A stretch of 64,000 bases of DNA, from assembly GCA_030704615.1 (NCBI GenBank), contig CM060731.1, positions 19,034,001-19,098,000 of the forward strand, read 5' to 3'. Positions 38,560 to 49,597 of the stretch are shown here, in pieces. The notes beneath the pieces were generated by a model, which did not search any database, had not been told where the DNA came from, and saw only the letters and a list, made by a program, of their open reading frames with translations. Each line of letters starts with the position of its first letter. Position 1 is the stretch's first letter. The position numbers and the translations under genes were made by a program. This DNA is from Takakia lepidozioides. Its lineage: Eukaryota > Plantae > Bryophyta.

Positions 38560-39880
38560 GGATGAATTTCGGTGCCAAAATTCATCCTATGCAAGTGCTT
38601 TCATATACAAACATATGAATTTCGGCGCCGAAATTCATCGCTTCCCCAGTCCTCATCCGTCATGAGCACACCTGTCAGTCGGATATCAGATCCGAAATTA
38701 ATTCCGGAACTGTGCAAAACGCTGCACTGGGGCACATTTCATCCATATTTCGGCGCCAAATTCATTAACAATATCTCCGTCCGCGCGCAAACGAGCTGAA
38801 ATCATCCATATTTCGGCGCCAAAATACATCCAGCCCAAACAGTAAACCAGCACCATGCCCACGCTTTCCTGCCATCAATGCCCCTCACGGTTGTTGTCCA
38901 GGCCTGTTGGACTTGCCATATCTGGACTGTTAAGTATAATTTCGGCGCCAAAATTATACTTTATTTGCGGCAACCTCCTATACGAAAAATGACCACTTAA
39001 TGGATACGGTCGGTTTCAAATGAAAACAACGGCTAAAATGCAATTAATTTTTCCCTAACCTGAGAAAATATCCCCTTACGTCATGGCCTTTTGAAAGACA
39101 TAAGGGGTTAAATGTGCCGATTTCGCCATTTAATGCAGAATATTCGTGTTTTTTCTGTCTGAATGGGTTATTTCATACGAATTTCGGAACCTTACATCAT
39201 CCAGGCAAGAAGTAAGTGTCGGGTTCGGATGAATTTCGGCGCCGAAATTCATCCGTCGCATGGAAAATATAATATTGGAGTTACTCTTTGCCGACAGTAG
39301 AGATGAATTTTGGCACTGAAATTCATCACTCACAAAGTAAATTAATATTCGAGGTAAGACTTTGGATGAATTTCGGCGCCGAAATTCAGCGCTCGCAAGG
39401 GAAAAAAATAATGGAGGGAGGACTTCGGATGAATTTCGGCGCTGAAATTCATTGGCAGGACAACAAAATACTTTGGAAAAAGTTGAAGAAGAATGAATTT
39501 CGGCGCCGAAATTCATCCACCGTCCTCCCTCCAATAATATTTTTTCCATGCGAACGATGAATTTCGGCGCTGAAATTCATCCCTACTGTCCATTCAAGGT
39601 TATTGTCATCCGAAATCCGTACACGTGGTGAATCATGACTCTGATGACGAACACATTCATCCGTATTTCGGCGCCGAAATTCACGTTTCCATGTGCAGAA
39701 ACAATTTCATGAAAAACATGTTCATCCAAATTTCGGCACCGAAATCCATCCGTTGGGTGCTTGCTCAGTTTCATGAGGTGAACTAATTCCGAATTCTGTC
39801 TCCGGAATTCATCCCGTGGCTTCCAAATCTGTTACATGACAGAGATGTTCATCCGGATTTCGATGCCGAAATTCATGAGA
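38560..39880. repeat. Array of the palindrome GATGAATTTCGGCGCCGAAATTCATC between the divergent MULE-2 genes
   Basis: More than a dozen full or degenerate copies, e.g. ~39228-39253 and ~39493-39517. Confidence 0.88.
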
Positions 39881-40124
39881 AGGCCTGATTTATTGTAGCC
39901 CAACTGGTGGTACATCACAATTCAGGCACCCAATTTCCGATGTGAATTTGTTGTGGTCGTCCGTATTTGTCACGTACGTTACACACCTTCATCCATACGT
40001 GCACTAATCACCTATCCTGCTGGATACAGAATCCTCCAGAAATTGGTTGTGGTATTATGTAGGACACACTCTTCTCATTGCAGGACTTCGCTGCGGAGCC
40101 TACCGAGAGTTGTTTGTCTTCAAC

Positions 40125-43100
40125 ATGGACTCCCGTGTTTGGGTAAACGTGTACTTCCATCCTGATTCTCTGAAAGCTAAAATACCCTGCGACCAAGGAT
40201 TTGCGATTGACACTGAGCAGTACTTGTGTGTGAAGTTCGGGTTCCGCCCGGGTACGGTGTTTTTGGAAGAGGAGACGAAGGATGCTTATGGGAATTTTCT
40301 GGAAAGTGTCGTTATTCTGCATGCAGATTTCGGAAAGGGCAAAGAGTGGCGGCTCCCAGCTTCTGAATCCATCCGGTACAGTGCAATTGGTGAAATCGTG
40401 CCTAAAGAGTTCCCACGTTGGAACTTGGTTGATCCTCCTTCCACAAGAGGGTCTGGTGTGCAAGATGTGAAGTCAACCATGATGGATGTGGGCACCTCTT
40501 CACAAGCAGAGAAGCCCAAATATGTGAAAAGGGAAATCGAGGATTTGCCGCTCCATAGCTCTGTAGTGTGAAAAAGAAGGGGCGTGAATCCCCTTCTGTA
40601 TAATTCTAATTGTGCTCCCCTCCATTGATTGCGGAGCAAGAGGAAAGAAGCGTTCTTTCTAATCTGTCCAACTGTCGTCACTTGGCTGTGGGTTTCCCTC
40701 AGCTCCTCCGTGATCAGAGTTCAAGCAATCCTCATCCACGCCGCAGCGGAAGGGAAGACATGGATGGGGAGTCAATTTGTTGTTCACTCTTGGTTCTACC
40801 TTTTACACAACTTCCCCTATCAGCAGGTACAGCACCAGCTATGCTAGTGCGATGTATTCAGTGATGCAAATCAGCCCAGTGGCAGCGGTAAACACGATCC
40901 TTTATGTGAAGCCCACTTGAGCAGTGACAGGTCGGAAATCCCCTTTTTGTAGTGGTGACACAGATTTAGGAGGAGGCAGCTCAGATCTTCATGGTCTGCA
41001 GGGGCACTGGTTTCTTTCAGGTTCTCTTCATCTCATCTCCCCAAATTGGCCAACCCCCCCCCCAGCCCCTTAGAATTTACAGCTCTCTCCTTGCCCAAAT
41101 CCCATTTTTCACTCTCTCTCTCTTTCTTTTCCCTTTTTGTCTGTTTCACTATCTGGTTTATGTCCCCAGGTTCCCCACTATTTCACACAGCAGATCTGTC
41201 ATGTAATGTGAATGCACACGCTGCTAGGCATCCAGTGCGGCCAGCCTTGAAGTCATCCTCGGTCTCTCAAGACACAACCATCCCATCCATCAGTCTCCCT
41301 CTGTTTCTCTCTCTCTTGTCCTTTTTTTCAATGACCCATCGCTCAAACAACTCTCATCTCTTTTGTCAGACTTCAACCCAAATACCCCAACATCCCTCTT
41401 TTCCCTTCAACTGTGGAACGCAGTTGTTCAGATCCTGATCCCATAGTGAAATCACCTTATCCTTTCCATGTTTTTTTGCAACTCCAGCTAACTATCATTG
41501 ATCTCTCCAAACAAACAAGCCAGATCTACATTGGTTCCAGGTTATCACTACACACGGCAGCATGGTGTCCCAGGTTTATGACACTGAATCAAAATGCAAG
41601 ATGAAGACAAGTGACCATTCTGAATTCAGTGACAAACAGGCTCTCTCTTTCTCTCTCTCTTCACTTATTTCTCTCACTGTCATCACAACATCAGGTGCAT
41701 CCATCCTTTCCACGTTCTGGTCTGAAGTCCAGAGTCTCCATTCCCATTTCAAAAACTTTTTCTGTCACATGTCTCTACCTTTTCTCTTCCGCCAAGATGG
41801 CAGTCCTAAATCTACCAAAGCAATTTCTAAGTCCCTAGCAAAAGAAGCCTTTGTTCATCGACTTATCTGTTTTTATCCACTAGTGAAGCGGCGGGTCTGC
41901 CTGTCAAGGTGGCACCTTGCCATCGCCCCCCCGTCAGCAGCCACTTCAACCCTTTCTCTTTGTCTTGATTCCAGACCTTATGACGCCATGATGGCTCCCC
42001 TTCTTCACTTGGACCATCCTGTGGCCTGACAACCAGATTACACTATGCAATTCTTCCTCTCGAATTGGCCTGGTCCTATAACAAGGAGACACAAAGCAGC
42101 TAGAAGCTTAATGACAGAGAACCTGAGATACCATGCAGCCAGAACTCCCACATGCTTTAACCTCCCCCCCATTGATTGTGCCCAGACCCTCTTCCCTGTG
42201 CTTCAGCAGCTGGCCTTTTCCTTGCTTGCTCATCTGCCCATAACTATCATCTTCAAGGCACTGGCGGCAGTGGTGGTGGCGCCGCTTTCCTTAGATGCTT
42301 CTATCTCTTGGAATTGATCATCACTACGAGAGAGGTGGCACCGCTTCTTTCTACACAGAATACCAAGCAAAGGCCTCTTAATGCCGCTTCCTAAGCCAAG
42401 CAAGATCCCACCGCGCAGGTACAACCTCCTAACACAGGCTGCCCTGCCGACACCCCACTGCTTGCAACAGCCGCTACGAGCCATCTGTCATCTTCCTCTT
42501 CGTTTTTCTCAACCCGCGATCTTTTAGGTCAAGAACCAGTGATGAAAACGTTCATCGCATGGATGAAAATGTGTACCGTCATGACTTAGCCATTTTCTCC
42601 TGGCAAAGCATAAGTTCAGTGTGCTCATGAAATTACCTACATGAAGGGATACATCCTTTCTGCAGTTGGGATGACGGGCACTCCGTCATAGTGATGTAGG
42701 TCGTAATGGTAAACATATGTAATGTTCTGTCCCCTGCATTCACACTACAGCTCGTCGGTAGGTGCACTTTCCAGGGAAACAGTCCTCCACAACTTATCCA
42801 GTGATGATGAAGACTGTATGGTCCTTCCATCGTATGTTTCGAAGTCGTCTGTCAGTAGAAGTGTGCAGATGTTGGCAGACAATGAGCACACACCCTCGGA
42901 CTCAACTTCCGTCCGCTCAGAAATCGACGTATTGCGGAGGATGAAAACAGTGGGTTCTCACTCCAGTGACCTTCTTAGGCTTGATTACGACAAAATTCCA
43001 ATCCATTCTGTGGAAACTTTGCCTGAAGTTGTGGATGGGAATGCTATCTGTGAGTTCCCTCCAGTGCCGCTAGGCGCAAGCCCAGACGGCATACTGGCAG

Positions 43101-43140
43101 GAATGAACATGAAACATGGTGTGTCACCAAAACTTCATCG
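40125..43140 (+). pseudogene. MULE-2 transposase 5' part (inverted), interrupted by a 2.2-kb insertion
   Basis: YLCVKFGFRPGTVFLEEE and LDYDKIPI...DGNAICEFPP...WCVTKT align with the MULE-1 N-terminus. The frame is restored on removing 40562-42749. Confidence 0.85.
40562..42749. mobile_element. TGT...ACA element with 11-bp TIRs and a 4-bp TSD (solo LTR or Ginger-like non-autonomous element)
   Basis: TGTAGTGTGAA...TTCACACTACA; GCTC at 40558-40561 and 42750-42753. No recognisable protein. Confidence 0.75.
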
Positions 43141-44305
43141 CCACCTTCACCTCCTGTGTCTTCTACGGAAGGTTCTGATTCGGATTGTGAATCAGGAGGA
43201 CTCACACCGGCGGTGCAAGTTGTTTCCTTGCCATTGTTGTGGGACACAATGGAGGAGATGTATAGAGCCACCAAGGGGCCACGTAGGTACTCTAGGGCGG
43301 TGGGCACCATTGAGTTGGATGATTTCATTCAAGAGTTTGATAGTTGGTGTGACTTGCAGCAAATGCGCAATCCACAACTGTTTACGCCTTTCATGGCATG
43401 GAAGGGGCTATTTCAGCACCTTGAGGGGCCGCCCATGGATGATTACCATGAGTTTAGGCGGGGGCACAATGTTGAGATCGAGGAGTGGAGGATATACTGG
43501 TCACCCGACTATGTCTCTATCACTAGAGGCACAAGGGCAGCAGCCACACCGGCAGCTGCACCAGCAGCAGCAGCTACAATAGCAGCTTCCACGAGCAGTA
43601 TTGGGACTAGTGGTACAGCAACTACGACGTCCACCCAAGCTACTGTTGCACCAGAACCAGTGTCGGTGCCTGCCTTCAACCCTGTTGTGGAGTTCTTCGA
43701 AGAGTTGAGAAGGAACTACCAAGGGGTGAGGACAGAGAAGTTGAGGAGCTTGCAAGAGTCCCAACGGAAGCCTACTGAGAGCTTGAGGGAGGCTTTCACT
43801 CGCATGAGGCGCTTGATTAATGTAACCCAAGGAGTTACGGAGGCTCAGGCAGTCCAATTCTGGTATGGGATATTGGACAAGGAGCTGAGGAGAAGGGTGC
43901 GGGATGCAACTCTCCTACAAGTGGCCCAACCCACCTTAGCAAATGTGTTTTTGCTGGCAGAGCGGATAAAGCTCAACATGGTGGAGGAGCGAGTGGTCAT
44001 GGTGGGATTTGCTAAGGAGGCACCACGGGGTAGTGGTGCTCCTAGCCAGCCACTACCTCAATGTGCTCAAGGCAACAAGGGAGCTCAGGTGAAGCCCAGG
44101 GAAGGACAGAGAGGACCTCAGATGCAGGGGTCTCTCCCTTCATTTGCAAGCCAACAACGGGCGGATGTGGTGTGCTGGACATGTGGAGGACCCCATATCA
44201 AGAAGGATTGCCCAGAGGGAGGCAATGGTGTGGCACTGGCACAGCCTACACAATTGGAGTATGGGCATTGTGGCAAGTACGGGCATGGAGAAGCCCAGTG
44301 CTATG
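43141..44305 (+). mobile_element. gag of the DNMT-Gypsy (separately inverted block)
   Basis: ELDDFIQEFDSW..., QKPTESLREAFTR-type gag motif, knuckle CWTCGGPHIKKDC and a degenerate second knuckle. Confidence 0.8.
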
Positions 44306-46725
44306 GTTACCACACACCTCGTCTTGTATACCCGCTAGTATCACTAGTGCTCGTACCGGCACTTTCCCTAGCAACTAGTGGCACCTCCATGTTGACAAAC
44401 TGACACTCAACCGGTCACGAACCTGTCTCTAACCCCCTCTCCACAAGGTAACCGGGTAGAGAACCTGATGCGGCTTATGGTTTGGAATACTAGGTTCCTA
44501 ACATAGCCTGCACCTGCACCTGCATCCACCGCAGGCACTCCTATGGTTGGCACAGGAGAAACAAAGATGGTCTGACCGGTCATCACCCCAGCCTCACCAC
44601 AGGAGAAACAAAGATGGTCTGACCGGTCATCACCCCAGCCTCACCATCGACAACATGCTCTAGGGTGGGATCGGCGATCAAGCCCGAGACCACCACCTAT
44701 AAAATCAAGCGCCCACACAAAACTAGCATGGCGCACAATAGCATGCAGGTGTGGAGGGGATCCAAACACAAGAATGAAAACAACAACTCCCCCATACCAA
44801 AAACAACTCCACAGTGTCGCTCCTGCAACCCAGCCCAAACCCGGACTGACTCTTGCCTCCACCTACGGAAAGGTCTCGGCCTACAGAGAAGGTGGAAAGC
44901 TACGAGGAAGGGAAACTAAAGCAATGCCTATCCCCAGCACGCTCTCATCCCAACACCCTCTTTTTTCCTCTCTTCTCTCACTTGCATGACCAGGAGAGCA
45001 TCCTGTAGACACTCCTCAAACTGCCCTCCACGAGCTCATGAAACTTGGCCTCCAAGGCCCCATGCAAGCCTCCACAGGGTCCGCCAGTGCCTCCTTACGT
45101 CCACCAGCCATTCCTCCGAATGGAACCACCTCAGGAAACCACGCCATTCACTGGAGGTTAAAAAATGGAGCAAATAGAGGTACATATAGGCCCCAACAAC
45201 ATTCTGTCCAAAGGAATTACCTGCAGGCTGGTCTCCCCCATAGTTAAGAATTGGGCTGAAAACCAGAAAAGATTACTTGCAAGGGAGTAATCCCCTTTGT
45301 TAAAACGCAACAGGGAGGCAATTCCAACTTTTCTGCCGGATCAGCTAGCTCAAAACCATTGTTCTTCAGAGCCCAGCCTCCCACCGTGCCCACCCGTTGT
45401 GTCCGCACCACGACTTCCAACGGTCACGGTCAACGGTCATGACTTGGACTCGTGGTATCTCGTGATACCACCCCAACGGCCCATCACAGCCACTATTCTC
45501 TGTTCCCTGGAACTCCCAACGAGTTCCCATGCATTCCCGAGGCGTTCCCGAGGCGTTCTCGAGCTGGGGTTTGCTCCTGCACCTACTGCTATGCTCTCTT
45601 GGGCTCTCACGACCCACCAGAGGCACCCTCAACTCAACAAGCAAGCTATATGCTGCCCAACAAGCTCCATTTCTTCATGAAGCTCACAAAAACGAATCTG
45701 AAATACACACCTTTACAAACTTGGTGCACCTGCAGTTCTACTGCACATTCCCTGGCTCTAGGATGCCTTGTTGCTGCCCTTCCAGCCCCCCGCTCTTGCC
45801 ACTCCAAGAGCCCTTACACTGCTGAGTTTCAGATTGAAACTCCAACTCAGCACATGTTTCACAAGTGCACTGACTTGCACACAAGAGAGACCTGCCCCCT
45901 CTCTTCACTCATACCTCTTCATGAGTTTGGAGCTGAAGCTCCCAACAGGCTGCGATGCATCCCCTCGCAGCTCCACCATTTGGCTGCTCCTCATCTACCC
46001 GCAACAACTAGTTTCGGGCAGATACCTGGAGCTGATCATATCATCTCCAACCTGCAGCATGCTAACTTCCCATGCACAGCCCACATTCCTGCAGCTTCTT
46101 AACTCGGCCTGCAGCTGAAGAAGATGACCACCAGTTCGTCCACTCGTGGCCAGCATCTCCTCTGCTTTACATCAGAAGCCCAAACTTGGTTGTCATAGCG
46201 TTGAGCTATGCAACGCCGCTCTTCAACAGAGGCTACCCGCCTCTCTATCCATTGCAAACTTGCAACCTGTTCGCCTTGCACTCTATCTGCTTTGGATAGG
46301 TTCACGCACGGATCCCTGCACTCGAGGCTGAACCGCTTCTCATGAAAACACAAGTGCTACAAAACAACTCGAACCTGGCACTCACAGACTCGAGCTGATC
46401 TTTCTCGAGTGATAAGGAAATGAATGATACAAGCACACAAGCTCTCTCAAACTCACATACTTGCACATGAAAACATCACTCATATATTAAGGCGAACCAA
46501 GTGCACCCCACGCCATGGGGAATCCACACTACGGCGCCATAGCTAGACGCGGTGAGGCTCAACTCGAGAAAGATGAGCCCACCGCGATCTGCCGTGAAGA
46601 TAACAATGCCAAGTGCCCAAACATGTATTGGCCCCTGGATTGACACTTGGGTCAATCCCAAATATCAATATATAAAAGCTAGCTATTTCCTAGCTAACTT
46701 CACACTAGTGGTAAAATAACTTGAC
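44306..46725 (-). mobile_element. 5' leader and LTR segment A (46410-46725) of the DNMT-Gypsy
   Basis: 46410-46725 is the reverse complement of 36732-37039. A short tandem duplication lies at ~44550-44645. No canonical PBS recognised. Confidence 0.7.
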
Positions 46726-47722
46726 TTCCATTGAGAATGACCAGGGTGTCACAGCCTCCTGGCATGGATGGAGTACATAGCCCAAGCCCACCCCAACGAC
46801 CTGGATTGGCATTTCGCCATGGAATGTGTTTGTGCTCAAGGTTGCGGGGCCCAAAGAACGCAGTCTTCTCAAAGCGGCAATGGCAGACATCAACTCGTAA
46901 GTTACAATGCTTCTTGCTTTGGAACTTTGAATTTGAAACAGACATTTCATTGCCAATCGTCATATTTGTTGCAAATTCTCATTTATGTATTGTTTAATGG
47001 AAATGTGGCATTGCAGGGTGACTGAGAATGCCTTCATTGCCACCAACTTGTCCCATATGCTCTTCCGAGTGAAGGATGTCGGGAAGCAGGGGGTGCAAGA
47101 GTTTGCCAATTCGCTCAGTGCCGACCTCCTGCACAAGTCGGAGGCAAAGGCAGACAGAACCTGGTATAGGCTGAGCATGGACGCCATGGTGGACTACATA
47201 TTTCGGGTAAAGCTCCTCACTGTTTTGTTGAGCTAATCTGTCTCTCCTCCCCCAATAGAAGAAAAAGTGTTGAGCAGGATCTCTAATCTTATGTGCGCAT
47301 TCTTGACAGACGAAAATTCAGCAGGATTTGGCACATGCGCGGAGGTTCTACATGGAGTCAGAGGAGAAGAAACTAACCCTCCCGGCACTGGAATCGTATC
47401 TCAAAGCTGCGGAGGCGAAGGCCCGCATCAAGTACAAGTCGCGGATGGTAAAGTACGTGGCCATAGCTGATCCCGCCCTTGGTGCCGATTTTCTGGTGGA
47501 GGTGGGGAAACACTACTCCCGCGCTCTGAAGCCCACAATGACATTGGAAAAGCTGCATCGTCTAGCCACATCATGTGTGGATGCAACAGAAAATGTTATA
47601 CATTCTTAACCAAATTGTCGTGGCAACAATTCGTTTTTGTGGTGTTTGGCGCTTACTAATATGCTGGGTGGTTGGACAGACCCGGTGGCTCCAAATCTGG
47701 AATGGTTCCCAAAGTACAAGGG
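46726..47722 (+). pseudogene. MULE-2 cargo gene continuation (rest of the ParB-like domain and helical region), truncated
   Basis: SIENDQG, then LLAWMEYIAQAHPNDLDWH...LLKAAMADIN. 47237-47722 is ~96% identical (hand count) to 24467-24952. Confidence 0.7.
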
Positions 47723-47969
47723 ATAGAATTACCTACTTCTAGTTAACTAGGACGTTTTAGATATTTATATTTATATTTTGTGTGTTAGGACTCCATTTGG
47801 TCTCATATGCCAAGTGAGGTGTCAAGCCTCACTTGGAACATGGGGATGGGTTTTCCCCTTGTGAGGGTTGAGGAGGGCTCATCTTCTTGTAGTTGAGCCT
47901 CCATGAGCCTCTCCCACCTCCATAGCTATAGATATTGAAAAAGAGTGTGGTGAGGGCTTTGTAGGGTGG

Positions 47970-48272
47970 TGTCAAGGACGAGAACATGACTGAACACAAA
48001 CAAGAGATCAGACTAGAGATACAAGACTAGACAAGAGGTCAAGGTTGGCGTGGCCGTATGCACAATGAGTAAATATGAATCGAGGGGATCTTTATAACAA
48101 TAAACAAGGGTACAAGATATTGGAACACGACTTGAATACTGGAATGTTGGAAACTGGACTGGAGTACCAGATACTGGAAACTAGGCTAAGGTACTGGGAA
48201 CTGGACTGGAGTACTGGGAACTGGAAACAAGAGTAGCTTGAACTGGTGTTGGCGAGACTGAAGAGTGTCCAG
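47970..48272 (-). repeat. Distal part of the 3' LTR of the right-hand Gypsy
   Basis: Minus-strand end GTCCTTGACA pairs with the start TGTCACGGAC at 61797. Confidence 0.7.
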
Positions 48273-48464
48273 CCCGGTTATCAGCGTCACGTCCGTCAGT
48301 CAGCGTCAGGTCATTTCAGACCTGATGCTGACGGGACCTCCGTCACGTCAGGTTCGAGGAATATTCTGGTAAAAATAGTACCAGGTAAAATACTGCCACC
48401 TACGCAGCCATGTCGCCGACACGGTGGCGGTGGCAAATACATTTTGAAAATTAACAAAATGAAC

Positions 48465-49290
48465 ACGACCGCCAATTCGCTTTGTTTTTCGAATTTAAAA
48501 AAAAATAGCGACCGCCGTATTGGCGGTCGCTTCAATTTTATTTTTTTTTAAAGCAAGATTGGCGGTCGCCTTATTTTTTGAGATAGAAAAACAAATAGCG
48601 ACCGCCATATTGGCGGTCGCTTCAAATGTTTTTTTTTTTTAAAGCAAGATTGGCGGTCGCACTGGCGGTCGCCTTATTTTTCGAATTAAAAAAACAAATA
48701 GCGACCGCTATGTTGGCGGTCGCTTCAATTTATTGTTTAAAAAAAACTAGATTGGCGGTCGTATTGGCGGTCGCCTAATTTAAAAAAGAAAACAAGCGAC
48801 TGCCGTATTGGCGGTCGCACAATTTTGTAAATATGTACAAAACAAACGACTGCCATATGGCGGTCGGATAATTTCAAAAATATAAAAAAAAAAAACAGCG
48901 ACCGCCATTGGGCGGTCCCTTAATTTTAAAAATATATAGAAAAACAAACGACCGCCATAAAATATAAAGATTAAAAGCGACCGCCTTACTGGCGGTCGTG
49001 TTTTTTTCAAAATATTAAAAATAAAAGCGACCACCATATTGGCGGTCGCTTTATTTTAAATATATTAACAAATGAAACGACCGCCATACCGGCAGTCGCA
49101 TTATATTTTTAAATAAAAAACAATAGCGACCGCCATACGGGCGGTCGTTTAAATTTAAAAATATACAAAATAGAAGTGACCGCAATATTGCACAAAATGA
49201 AAGGAAATAAAAGCGACCGCAGTAGTGGCGGTCGCTTGTTTTTTATAAAAAATAAAAATACGGACCGTAGTATTAGCGGTCGCTTAATTT
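48465..49290. repeat. Left subterminal palindromes GCGACCGCC-N4-5-GGCGGTCGC
   Basis: Many copies separated by AT-rich spacers. Confidence 0.9.
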
Positions 49291-49597
49291 CAAAATTACA
49301 ACAAATATGGTTGTACAGCCTTTTTCGGGTGGGCGCTATTGGTTCGTCATGTATTCATTTCACTTTCATTTCACTTTCATCCCTCTTGGATCATATATGA
49401 GGGAGGAGGGTCACCAAGCTCCTCACTTCTTTTCCACCAAAGCCACTTCAGCAGATTGTGTATAAGCTCAATACTACAACCCACATCGACCCACTAGGGT
49501 TGCTGACAGGTGTAGAAGTGTTGGGTTATCGCATTGCACTCTACATTCACAACACGTTCATTTATAAGTGACTGTTTTTTGTTGCTTGCATCACTAG

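Noticed and set aside
47723-47969. Start of another LTR (TGTTAGGAC...)
   Set aside because: No partner repeat or TSD within the window.
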